Assembly (NCBI GenBank): GCA_965205655.1
Contig: CBDBIJ010000135.1
Span: 1-58,253, forward strand
From: Candidatus Latescibacterota bacterium
Lineage (GTDB): Bacteria; Latescibacterota; UBA2968; UBA8231
Direction: 5' to 3'
DNA length: 58,253 bases
Positions 49,045 through 58,253 of the stretch are shown piece by piece. The notes under the pieces are model-generated. The model did no database searches. It was not told where the DNA came from and was given only the letters and a program-made list of their open reading frames with translations. Numbering within the stretch: position 1 is the stretch's first letter; every line of letters starts with the position of its first letter. A program made the position numbers and the translations under genes.

Positions 49045-50551
49045 TAGCGGGCTGATGTTCATCGGATAGAGCACGCGCGTCATCAGGAAATACTCCGAGA
49101 AACCCTTCTTGGAAATCAGCCTCAAGTTCGTATCGGCGTCGCAGAAGCGCTCGAATTCGTCGTCGTCAATCCTTATCGACATGAGGTTGTTGAGACTGTT
49201 CTCCGAGATCTTCTTGAGGCCCACGGCCTCTCTCACATCATTCAGACAGTTGAATCCTTTTAAAGAGCCCTCGCACATCAGGTAGCGCCCGCCAGGCCTC
49301 AGTACTCTGCCTATTTCGCCAACCACCCGTCTCTGGGCATCCTTACTGGGCAGGTTGATTATGAAGCGCTCACTAATCACGTAATCGAAGCTGTCGTCTG
49401 CACTGCTCTGCAAGTACTCGACGGCATCGGCACAGCGGAATTCAGGGGTGCTGCGCATCGTCTCCCTGTGTCTGTGGAGCAACTTCTGAGAGCCTTCGAT
49501 GAGGTTTTCAGAGAAGTCGATCCCCAAAAGTTCCCACCCGTCCAGCTCTTTGCCGATCGAGATGAGCGTGTAGCCATTGCCGCAACCCAAATCGAGAACA
49601 TTCCCGCTGTCCTCGAGGCTCTCCCTAATCGCTGCGATCTCCAATTCGCGAACATGCATATCCTTCGAGGTCGCATAGTCGTCGTCTGCCCTGCGTCGGG
49701 AATACGTGACCTTCAGGAATTCCTGTCTCCCTGCGTCGTCCGCATTCCAGTAGGACTCGAACTCCTTCCGGCTGTGTCTGGTCGTCCGGCCCGCTGTGGA
49801 TCGATCTTCACCTTCGATGAATTGGCTTCCGTAGTCGCGGTAGATTTCGTCCAGCGTCGAGATCTGAACACCCTTCTCGATCATGGCATCGAGCATGTCG
49901 CTGACGAATGTTTCGACGCCGGAGCCGTCGCATTTGATCTCCTCGATGCTACTGGAGTCTACCTCCTTCGTACGATCTCTCACATTGAGATAGTGGTCAT
50001 TGTCGGGATTGTTCGTCGCGAAGAGGAAGGGGTGAACGTTGATGATCTTCAGCCCCGGCGACAGGAAAAAGTCCAGGTAGTTCTCGAAATTCCCAGGTTC
50101 CCTTCATCTCCTTGTAGTGGATGTCGTCTTCCCAGAAAATGGGCAGCTTGATCATACCCGTGGCATGTCTGAGAGGGACAATGTCGGGCTGGAAGAAGAG
50201 ATTCAGATTGCTGTCGTACTGGATGCCTCTCTTCCTCATTTCTCTCACTATATTGTTGTGCTCATAGAAATGATGGGAGCGGTACGCCTTTGCAGTGGGA
50301 TACAGATCGGAAACTGCATCGATTACAGATACGATGTCCGAACCGTGACTGGACCCTTCAAGGAAATTCGGATGAATACCGATATCGACCTTGTTCGCCG
50401 CCTGCTTTTCCCTCAACGGTGAGCTGTCGTTCGTAGCAAAAACGGTCGGCACGATTCCGCGGCTCTCCATCGCATCGATGAAGTATCTCATGCAGTAGTC
50501 ACTGCACCAATCCATATCACCTGTAACACAGAACACAGGTTTTTCGATCAC
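49045..50551 (-). pseudogene. WbmS-like polysaccharide deacetylase fused to class I SAM methyltransferase; +1 frameshift at ~50093; 3' end truncated by IS630
   Basis: TGDMDW, TVFAT, GIHPNF, RSH, YDSN, PIFWEDD; corrected frame LKIINVHP runs without a stop into VLDLGCGNG...GIDFS...VLRPGG. Confidence 0.8.
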
Positions 50552-50635
50552 AGTCTCGTCTCCGGCCGCTCCCGCTCGGCAAATCGGTGCTGAATCACGT
50601 TCAATGGGGAAAAAAGAGGAAAGAAACCAGCAAAA

Positions 50636-50665
50636 AAGATACAGGGAGAGGAATAAAACTGTCAA
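50636..50665 (-). promoter_or_regulatory. Candidate sigma70 promoter for the deacetylase-methyltransferase gene
   Basis: TTGACA-N18-TATCTT in an AT-rich intergenic stretch. Confidence 0.5.
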
Positions 50666-50704
50666 AGAAACGGGACAATTTGAGAAGACGGACAGCAGAC
50701 CGAT

Positions 50705-52510
50705 CTACTCCATCATGCCAAACCCGGCATATCCGAGTGGGTCCCCTTCGACATTGCCGGCGGGGAAGTACTCTTTCCAGCGGCGTGTCACTTTCGCCGA
50801 GGTCTCTTCATCTGCGCCCAGCTCCTCCGGGAAGCCAGGCTTGAGGCGGCAGTCGAAAACGACCGGAGCGGTGAAGCATTCGTGATGGCGGTGGTGACGG
50901 GTGTGCGCGGCATAGATGTCGGCGGCGGGCTCGAAGCGGGTGAGGGTGCTCCAGAGAAAGGAGACGTTCCGCTGCGAAACGGCTACGTCGTCGACGAGAA
51001 AGATGAGGGGCCAGGAGGCGACGGCTGCATCGCGCGCCAGGGTCGTGGGGTAGGTCGGGTCCTCCGCGTAGGAAGGGCCGGACACGGTCAGACACCCGGC
51101 GCAATAAGGCGCTACCTCGCGGGCGCCGCCGGGGGTGGCCCCTTCGAAATCGCGCGGCAACTCTCGCAACGGATCGCCTACACCCACGAGAATTCCCTTG
51201 CTACCTTCGTTCACTGCCGGTCCGCTGTAATCGAGGGTGTCCATGGCGAGGTTGGCGATGACGAAGAGGTCGGTCTCGAAACGGACGCGGGCGAGGGTGT
51301 ACTCGAGAACCTGCTTGAAGTCGCGCTGATCCACGGAGCCGTCGATGACGACGAGAAACTTGGTGAGGGCGAGTTGACCGCCGTCCTCTCCGAGAATGCG
51401 AAAAGCGAATTTGAGGGCCTCGCGCGGGTAGCGCTCTTCGACGACGATCGAGGTAAGGCAATGATAGCCGGTCTCGCCGTAGCTCCAGATCGATTTGATC
51501 GAGGGCATGACGAGACGCGACAGTGGAGCCATGAGCTCCTGGATGTAGTTGCCGAGGAAGAGATCTTCCTGGGGCGGCTTGCCGACAACGGTGGCGGGCA
51601 GGACGGCATTGCGGCGGTGAAAGACATGGCTCACCTCCAGAACGGGGTAATCGTGCTGCAGCGAGTAGTAGCCGTAGTGATCGCCGAAGGGTCCTTCCGG
51701 CTTTCGCTTGTCGGGGGGAACGGCGCCCTGGATCGCGAACTCGGCCTCGGCGATGAGAGGATGGCTATCTGAGGGACTTTTGACGCGGCGCAATCGCTCT
51801 CCTTGCAGAACAGAGGCAAGCAGCAGCTCGGGGACATCTTCCGGCAGGGGGCCGATGGCGGCGAGGATGAGGGAGGGCGGTCCGCCGACGAAGACGGTGA
51901 GGGGAAGAGATTCGCCGCGCTTCTCGGAGACGTGATAATGGAAACCGCCTCCCTTTTGAATCTGCCAGTGCACCCCGGTCGTGCGGCCGTCGAAGCGCTG
52001 CAACCTATAGATGCCGAGGTTGTGTCCGCCGCTGTCGGGGTGCTCGGTGTAGACGAGGCCGAGGGTGAAGAACGCGCCGCCGTCCTGCGGCCAGGACTTC
52101 GTGAGGGGAAGACGCTCGAGGTCGACGGGTTCCTGACGGCATTCGATGACAGGACCACGAAGCTTCGTCGAGAGCCCGACCTTCAAACCCTGCTTCGCGA
52201 GGTTCCGGTGGCCCCAGAGCTTGCCCAACGATAGTGAGGCGAGGTCGTGGGCGGCGGCGGTGATCTGTTTGAGGAACTGCTCCGGCCGTTTGCCGAAGGC
52301 GAGGTCGACACGGCGGGGGGTGCCGAAGAGGTTGGTGACGCAGGGGAAGTCGGCTCCCTCGACGCGGGTAAACAGCAGGGCGGGCCCGCCTGAGGCGATG
52401 ACCCGTCGGTGGATCTCGGCGATCTCGAGGTCGGCACTGACGGGCACGTCGACCTCGACGAGCTCGTTCTCGGTTCGGAGAAGGGTTAGATACGATTGGA
52501 GAGAATTCAT
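50705..52510 (-). CDS. UbiD-family (prFMN-dependent) decarboxylase
   Basis: EIAEIHRRV..GGPALLF, WPQDGG, NLGIYR, EGPFGDHYGYYS, VGKPPQED, DTLDYSG. Confidence 0.95.
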   Translation of the reverse strand: MNSLQSYLTLLRTENELVEVDVPVSADLEIAEIHRRVIASGGPALLFTRVEGADFPCVTNLFGTPRRVDLAFGKRPEQFLKQITAAAHDLASLSLGKLWGHRNLAKQGLKVGLSTKLRGPVIECRQEPVDLERLPLTKSWPQDGGAFFTLGLVYTEHPDSGGHNLGIYRLQRFDGRTTGVHWQIQKGGGFHYHVSEKRGESLPLTVFVGGPPSLILAAIGPLPEDVPELLLASVLQGERLRRVKSPSDSHPLIAEAEFAIQGAVPPDKRKPEGPFGDHYGYYSLQHDYPVLEVSHVFHRRNAVLPATVVGKPPQEDLFLGNYIQELMAPLSRLVMPSIKSIWSYGETGYHCLTSIVVEERYPREALKFAFRILGEDGGQLALTKFLVVIDGSVDQRDFKQVLEYTLARVRFETDLFVIANLAMDTLDYSGPAVNEGSKGILVGVGDPLRELPRDFEGATPGGAREVAPYCAGCLTVSGPSYAEDPTYPTTLARDAAVASWPLIFLVDDVAVSQRNVSFLWSTLTRFEPAADIYAAHTRHHRHHECFTAPVVFDCRLKPGFPEELGADEETSAKVTRRWKEYFPAGNVEGDPLGYAGFGMME

Positions 52511-52682
52511 GACCGCCACTGACAGTCTGCGTGGACAGGGCTGATAAAGACAGCCAATCGTCAGTCTGGTCAAGGTGGAGAGGCCCGATACCCCTCCAGC
52601 TTGACACCCTTCCGGGCAACCGTTGCTTTACAGACTTCGATCTATTGCAATCGAGAAGGCGCGATTTCACAAGGGAAGCAGA

Positions 52683-55373
52683 ATGGCTGACACGAATAAT
52701 GATGTTTTTAGCGCGCGCACGACTGTAAGAGCCGCCGGCGTCGACGGCATCATCTACGGTATCAAAAAGCTCGAGGAAGACGGCATCGCCGCAGTCGACA
52801 AGCTGCCGTATTCAATCAAGGTGCTGCTCGAGGCGGCCCTGAGGCAGTGCGACGGTTTCGAGATCACGCGGGAGGACGTGGAGCGGATCGCCAAGTGGAG
52901 TCCGTCGACGGCGGGCAAAGAGGAGATCCCCTTCAAACCGGCGCGCGTGGTGATGCAGGATTTTACCGGCGTGCCGGCAGTTGTCGATCTGGCCGCGATG
53001 AGGGACGCGATGGCGGAGCTGGGCGGCGACCCGAAAAAGGTGAACCCGCAAATTCCCGTGGACCTCGTCATCGATCACTCGGTGCAGGTCGACTATTACG
53101 GGCTGAAGCGGGCGCTTGAGCTGAACGCCGAGCGGGAGTTTACCCGCAACCGCGAGCGCTACGAGTTTTTGCGCTGGGGCCAGGAGGCGTTCGACAACTT
53201 TCGGGTCGTGCCGCCAGCCACCGGCATCGTGCATCAGGTGAACCTTGAATACCTGGCTTCGGTGGTGCAGTCGCAGGCCGGTGACGGTGGCGAGGTGTTC
53301 CTCCCAGACAGCCTCGTGGGCACGGACAGTCACACGACGATGATCAACGGGCTGGGGGTGGTCGGCTGGGGCGTGGGTGGCATCGAGGCAGAGGCGGTGA
53401 TGCTCGGTCAAGCGATCTATATGCTGCTGCCTCACGTCGTCGGGTTCCGCCTCGAAGGGGAGCTGCCGACCGGGACGACGGCGACGGATCTGGTGCTAAC
53501 CGTCGTGCAGATGCTGCGCCAGCACGGGGTGGTGGGCAAGTTCGTCGAATTCTACGGTCCCGGCCTGAGCAAGCTGAGTCTGGCGGACCGGGCAACGATC
53601 GCGAATATGGCGCCCGAGTACGGTGCCACGGTGGGGCTTTTTCCGGTCGATGAGGAGACGCTGACCTACCTGCGCCAGACTGGCCGCAAACCAGCGGTCG
53701 TCGAGCGGGTGAAGGCCTACACGGAGGCGCAGGGGATGTTCTACTCGGCTGACTCACCGGATGCGGTGTTCAGCGAGACGCTGAGCCTCGACATGAGCAC
53801 GGTGGAACCGAGTCTGGCCGGGCCGACGCGGCCGCAGGACCGGGTGCCGCTGCGGGAAATGAAGCCGGCCTTCGAGGAGGCGATGACACAGCGATTTGAC
53901 CGCGACAGCACGAAGCGGAGCGTCGCCGTCGAGCTGGAAGGCGGCACGGCTGAAATGCCGGAGGGAGCTGTCGTCGTGGCGGCCATCACCTCCTGCACCA
54001 ACACGAGCAACCCCTCGGTGATGCTGGGAGCGGGGATGCTGGCGCGCCAAGCGGTGGAGAAGGGCCTGACTGTACCACCGTGGGTGAAGACGAGTCTGGC
54101 CCCCGGTTCGAGGGTAGTGACGCGCTATCTGGACGCGGCCGGAGTGTCCGAATCGCTCGAAGAGCTTGGCTTCCACACCGTGGGCTACGGCTGCACGACG
54201 TGCATCGGAAACTCCGGGCCGCTCGACGAGCCGGTGGAGCAGGCGATCACCGACAACGACCTGGTGGTCTGCAGCGTGCTGAGTGGGAACCGAAACTTCG
54301 AGGGGCGGGTTCATCCGCTGACGCGGGCGAACTTCCTGGCGTCGCCGCCACTCGTCGTCGCCTTCGCCCTGGCCGGGCGCGTCGACGTCGACTTCGACAG
54401 CGAACCGATCGGCGAGGGGAAGGACGGACCGGTCTATCTAAGGGATATCTGGCCGAGCCAGGACGACATTCGCGCCGAGATCGCCCGCTCGGTACAACCG
54501 AAGATGTTCGAGGAAGAGTACGCCAACGTGTTCTCGGCGAATGAAACGTGGAACGAGATCGCCGTGCCCGAGGGAGAGCGCTACGCCTGGGTCGAGGACA
54601 GCACTTACATCCGCCGCCCGAGCTTTTTCGAGGGGCTGAGCCGCGAGGCGTCTCCGATAGCGCCGATCGAGACAGCGCTGGTGCTGGCCAAGCTCGGCGA
54701 CAGCGTCACCACCGATCACATCTCACCGGCCGGATCGATGGCGCCGGACAGCCCGGCGGCGACCTACCTCACCGATCGCGGCGTCGAGCGCGGCGAGTGG
54801 AACAGCTATGGTTCGCGGCGGGGTAACCACGAGATCATGGTGCGCGGCACCTTCGCGAATATCCGCATTCGCAACGAGCTGGTGCCTGGCGTTGAAGGGG
54901 GGGTGACGCGTCACCTCCCCTCGAACGAGCAGATGACGATCTACGACGCAGCCGAGAAGTATATGAGGGACGACGTTGCTCTCATCGTCATCGGCGGCAA
55001 GGAGTACGGCAGCGGCTCGAGCCGCGATTGGGCTGCAAAGGGTCCGTTTCTGCAGGGAGTCGCTGCCGTCATCGTCGAGAGCTTCGAGCGAATCCACAGG
55101 TCGAACCTGATCGGAATGGGCATTCTGCCTCTTCAGTTCATGGAGGGTGAGGGACGGCAGGAGCTGGACCTAACCGGGGAGGAGGCGTACGACATCGTCG
55201 GTTTGGACGACAGCCTCGAGCCCGGCAAGATCCTCGAAGTTGTCGCTCGGGATGTCGAAGGCGGTGAAAAGTGGTTCGAAGTCCTCTGTCGCATCGACAC
55301 GCCGGTGGAGATCGAGTACTACAAGAACGGCGGTATACTCCATACTGTGCTGAGGCGGATGGCGGCGGAGTAG
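52683..55373 (+). CDS. acnA: Aconitate hydratase A
   Basis: [61 protein letters not shown]. Confidence 0.98.
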   Translation: MADTNNDVFSARTTVRAAGVDGIIYGIKKLEEDGIAAVDKLPYSIKVLLEAALRQCDGFEITREDVERIAKWSPSTAGKEEIPFKPARVVMQDFTGVPAVVDLAAMRDAMAELGGDPKKVNPQIPVDLVIDHSVQVDYYGLKRALELNAEREFTRNRERYEFLRWGQEAFDNFRVVPPATGIVHQVNLEYLASVVQSQAGDGGEVFLPDSLVGTDSHTTMINGLGVVGWGVGGIEAEAVMLGQAIYMLLPHVVGFRLEGELPTGTTATDLVLTVVQMLRQHGVVGKFVEFYGPGLSKLSLADRATIANMAPEYGATVGLFPVDEETLTYLRQTGRKPAVVERVKAYTEAQGMFYSADSPDAVFSETLSLDMSTVEPSLAGPTRPQDRVPLREMKPAFEEAMTQRFDRDSTKRSVAVELEGGTAEMPEGAVVVAAITSCTNTSNPSVMLGAGMLARQAVEKGLTVPPWVKTSLAPGSRVVTRYLDAAGVSESLEELGFHTVGYGCTTCIGNSGPLDEPVEQAITDNDLVVCSVLSGNRNFEGRVHPLTRANFLASPPLVVAFALAGRVDVDFDSEPIGEGKDGPVYLRDIWPSQDDIRAEIARSVQPKMFEEEYANVFSANETWNEIAVPEGERYAWVEDSTYIRRPSFFEGLSREASPIAPIETALVLAKLGDSVTTDHISPAGSMAPDSPAATYLTDRGVERGEWNSYGSRRGNHEIMVRGTFANIRIRNELVPGVEGGVTRHLPSNEQMTIYDAAEKYMRDDVALIVIGGKEYGSGSSRDWAAKGPFLQGVAAVIVESFERIHRSNLIGMGILPLQFMEGEGRQELDLTGEEAYDIVGLDDSLEPGKILEVVARDVEGGEKWFEVLCRIDTPVEIEYYKNGGILHTVLRRMAAE

Positions 55374-55375
55374 GC

Positions 55376-55497
55376 GCAGCCCTGCTACTTCACCAACCTT
55401 GGCGATCGGAGATCGCCGCCCCGGTACACTTTCGGTGGTGGACGTGCGGATCGTCGTGGGATTCTGGCAGCCCTGCTACTTCACCAGTTTTGCGATC
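55376..55497. repeat. Direct repeat of the isochorismatase gene 3' end (20 bp perfect, ~32 bp imperfect), 91-bp period
   Basis: GCAGCCCTGCTACTTCACCA at 55376-95 and 55467-86. Confidence 0.85.
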
Positions 55498-56015
55498 TCT
55501 TTGAACTGAGGCGAGCCGGCTTCGCGCAGCAGTTCGAAGAGCGCTGTTTCCACCGAGGTGATTTCGGCGCCCGCCTTTCGCATTTTCTCGAGCCCGATCA
55601 GCTTGTTCTCGGGAGTGCGCGACGACACCGCATCGGCCACCACTTCGACATGATAGCCGTCGTCGAGCAGATCGCGGGCCGTCTGGTAAACGCAGATGTG
55701 GCTCTCGATACCAGCGACGATGACTTGATCGCGACCGCTCGCCCGCAGCCCCTCACGAAACTCCTGTTGACCGCAAGCACTGAAGCAGAGCTTGCTGATC
55801 GGCTGTTGATCTGAGAGCAGCTCGGCCACCTCGGGAATGGTCGGCCCGAGTCCCTCAGGGTACTGCTCCATCCAGAGCACGGGCAGCTCGAGAGAGCGAG
55901 AGCCTTTGACGAGAATCTGCAGTTTGCGGTAGAGTTCCTCACGCTCGTGCATGAGCGTCGCCAGCTTTCCCTGGACGTCGATGAGAGCCAGGGCCGTTTT
56001 CTCCTTCTGCAGCAA
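55476..56015 (-). CDS. Isochorismatase/YcaC-family hydrolase
   Basis: LIDVQGKL, EQYPEGLGPT, K.CFSA, GIESHICVYQT, DAVSSR; TTG start inferred. Confidence 0.92.
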   Translation of the reverse strand: MLQKEKTALALIDVQGKLATLMHEREELYRKLQILVKGSRSLELPVLWMEQYPEGLGPTIPEVAELLSDQQPISKLCFSACGQQEFREGLRASGRDQVIVAGIESHICVYQTARDLLDDGYHVEVVADAVSSRTPENKLIGLEKMRKAGAEITSVETALFELLREAGSPQFKEIAKLVK

Positions 56016-56067
56016 GAGTTCGCCTTTCCGTTTATCTCGACGTTCGGCCTCTACTACTAGATTTATC

Positions 56068-57210
56068 CTAGATGTATCCGCTCGAGCCATCGGGCCGGGT
56101 CGGGGAGTCTCGCTGCCAATGAACGTAGTGCTCGGCTGCCAGAGCTTCCTCGTTCACCTCAACGCCCAGCCCCGGGCGGTCCCGCAGCTGCAGGTAGCCA
56201 TCCACCGGCAGGTAGGGATCGTCGACCCACTCGTTCCAGGTCCCCGGAACGGGCAGAATGTACTCGAGGATCTTGAAGTTCGGCGTGGCAGCAGCGAAGT
56301 GGAGGTTCACCGCCGTGGCCAGCGGACCCATCGGGTTGTGGGGTGCCACGGTGATGTAGTGGGCCTCGGCGATGGCGGCGATCTTGCGCATCTCCAAAAG
56401 ACCGCCGCAGACGCAGACGTCGGGTTGAATGATGTCGGCACCATGAGCGGCGATGAGATCGAGAAACTCGAAGCGGCCGTAGAGGCATTCACCGGTGGCG
56501 AGGGGCACCTTCATCTGGGCGCGCAGGCGGGCCCACTGCGGGATGTGCTCTGGTCGCAGAGGCTCCTCGTAGAAGTAGGGGTCGTAGGGTGCGAGCGCAT
56601 CGGCGAGCTGCAGCGCCAGAATCGGCTCGAAAATCTTGGCGTGGGGGTCAAAGGCGATCTCCCAGTCTTCGGGCGCGCTCTTGCGGATTTCCTCGAAATA
56701 GGCCGCCGCCGCCGAACAGACGCGGCCCCAGCGCGCCGCATCCGCATCGAGCTGATAGGGGCTCGTCTTGAAAGCGGTGAAGCCGCCCTTTTCGTGCAGC
56801 GCGGCAGCTCGATCCGCCATTTCGCGGCCGCTGCGACCACCGGCACCGTGGTAGACGCGGACGCGGTCTCGAACCGATCCGCCCAACAACATATAAACGG
56901 GCAGGCCGGCCGCCTTGCCGCTGATGTCCCACAAGGCGTGATCGATTGCGGAGATCGCCGCCATTCCAACCCCGCCCGAGGGAAAACGGAACTGCTGGCG
57001 CAGCCTCAACATTATGTACTCGACGCGTCGCGGATCTTCCCCTTTGATCAGCTCGAAGATGTAGTCGCCGAGGGGTTCCACCGTGAGCGTGGGGCCCGTT
57101 CCGTAAGCCTCGCCCCAGCCGCTGATGCCCTCGTCGGTCTCCACCTTCATGAGAGCGCGAACCCGATTCGAAAAGCTGGCCAGGTAGGTTTTGATCGCCG
57201 TGATCTTCAT
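56068..57210 (-). CDS. Galactonate dehydratase (DgoD)-like enolase-superfamily enzyme
   Basis: MKITAIKT, GWGE, AIDHALWDISGK, AFK, FDPH, EEP, TGE, QPD, PHNP. Confidence 0.9.
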   Translation of the reverse strand: MKITAIKTYLASFSNRVRALMKVETDEGISGWGEAYGTGPTLTVEPLGDYIFELIKGEDPRRVEYIMLRLRQQFRFPSGGVGMAAISAIDHALWDISGKAAGLPVYMLLGGSVRDRVRVYHGAGGRSGREMADRAAALHEKGGFTAFKTSPYQLDADAARWGRVCSAAAAYFEEIRKSAPEDWEIAFDPHAKIFEPILALQLADALAPYDPYFYEEPLRPEHIPQWARLRAQMKVPLATGECLYGRFEFLDLIAAHGADIIQPDVCVCGGLLEMRKIAAIAEAHYITVAPHNPMGPLATAVNLHFAAATPNFKILEYILPVPGTWNEWVDDPYLPVDGYLQLRDRPGLGVEVNEEALAAEHYVHWQRDSPTRPDGSSGYI

Positions 57211-57254
57211 CTGTCTCTACACCATCCTCTCGAGCGCCGCCGTGTCGCGGGCCG

Positions 57255-58253
57255 TCACGCGAAGAAGACGGGGTATGTCCCGCCCTCGGCTTCCCGCTTT
57301 ACGAGGAGCATCAGCTCCATCGCGTGATAGTCGCCCCACATCGACGATTCGCCGCAGGGAATCTTGCGTCCCTTGGGCACGTGATCCCAGCCGTTCGGGC
57401 GATGGTAGATTGAGTGCAGCGTTATCCCCTGATGTTTCGCGTCTGCCGATAGATACGGTTCGAGCAGGAGGGCGTTGGCGATGGTGAAGGCCGCCGAGCG
57501 GTAGCGGTTGCCGTTCTTCCGGTCGCCCTTCGCTAGCAGATAGTTCCCGAGCCGCAGATACCCCTGGCCGCAGATAGCGGCGGCGGAGCTGTCGAGCGGC
57601 TCGACATCGTTGAACGGGTCCGACGGGCTCTTGGCGATATCGCCGAATGAGGCGACGCCGGGCGCGCCGGTATCCCAGAAGGGGATGCCGTCGGCGAAGC
57701 TGTTGCGCAGGTGAAACTCAGCTGTCGCTCGCGCCGCCTTTTCAGAAACGCCGACGATCTTTCGCTTCGAGCTGAACGGCTCGAAGCAGGCCGGCTTAGC
57801 GCCGCGGAGGTATTCGAGCTGCTCGGCGTATCCGCACAGGATCCAGGCCAGGCCGCGGGTCCAGGTCGAAAAGGGAGAAAAGCCCTGCTGTGAGCTGGGA
57901 CAGCGGCAATTGCCGTCCTTAGTATTGAAGATCGATTCGTGAGCGACGCGACCGGGAACATCGAAGCCGTCTCGTCCTTCGCCGTAGTAGACGTTGAACC
58001 GGGCCGTCGTCAGGGCGTGTTCGGTGGCTCTTTGAAGCAAGTCGATGCGCCGGTCCCCCTCTCCCATAAGCACGTGACCGAGCTCGTGAGCGAGCACGAG
58101 GATGCGCAGTGACCGCATGGTGTCGGAAAACAGAGAATGAGGTCCGTTGAAGGAGTGGATGAACCCGGTCCCCGATGATGTCTCCGTCCAGCGCGCGGCC
58201 TGCACGGCGCCGGAAACCTTGATGGCGAGCTCGTAGAAGTCGAGCTCCCTTTG
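57255..58253 (-). CDS. Glycoside hydrolase family 88-like protein, 5'-partial
   Basis: QQGFSPFSTWTRGLAW, PFWD, DSSAAAI, SMWGDY. Confidence 0.8.
   Translation of the reverse strand, partial: QRELDFYELAIKVSGAVQAARWTETSSGTGFIHSFNGPHSLFSDTMRSLRILVLAHELGHVLMGEGDRRIDLLQRATEHALTTARFNVYYGEGRDGFDVPGRVAHESIFNTKDGNCRCPSSQQGFSPFSTWTRGLAWILCGYAEQLEYLRGAKPACFEPFSSKRKIVGVSEKAARATAEFHLRNSFADGIPFWDTGAPGVASFGDIAKSPSDPFNDVEPLDSSAAAICGQGYLRLGNYLLAKGDRKNGNRYRSAAFTIANALLLEPYLSADAKHQGITLHSIYHRPNGWDHVPKGRKIPCGESSMWGDYHAMELMLLVKREAEGGTYPVFFA

Noticed and set aside
55376..55497. Mini-CRISPR or DGR template/variable repeat
   Set aside because: Only two copies, one being a gene end; no cas or reverse transcriptase; differences are synonymous rather than adenine-specific in a template.
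55951..57327. 458-aa plus-strand ORF, and similar long overlapping ORFs at 40899-41876, 40990-42315, 13610-14572 and 22498-23442
   Set aside because: Each overlaps a well-supported gene in another frame or strand; expected from GC-rich codon bias.

Overview
High-GC bacterial accessory region. It is a mosaic of catabolic enzyme genes: 2 sulfatases, 3 PhyH plus 1 TauD/TfdA Fe/2OG dioxygenases, 5 Gfo/Idh/MocA oxidoreductases, 3 sugar-phosphate isomerase TIM barrels, 2 enolase-superfamily dehydratases, GH29 and GH88 glycosidases, a fluoroacetate-dehalogenase-like hydrolase and a SelA-like PLP enzyme. Housekeeping genes are few (pdxS, pdxT, acnA, a UbiD-family decarboxylase, tRNA-Glu(TTC)), and I recognised no transcription factor or solute-uptake transporter. 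This gene repertoire resembles Latescibacterota/Poribacteria-type genomes (inference only). Six IS elements are present: three IS256-family, one IS1380 nested in an IS256 terminal repeat, and an IS1182-like/IS630 tandem at a deletion junction; together they disrupt five host genes. About ten genes carry single-base indels, mostly +1 in short homopolymers, probably sequencing errors. Features the ORF track misses include a ~160-bp MITE-like hairpin, a synonymous-codon duplicate of a gene 3' end (att-like scar), a deacetylase-methyltransferase fusion, and a collapsed TMTC/TPR pseudogene beside the tRNA. I found no CRISPR array, phage or clearly novel multi-gene system.
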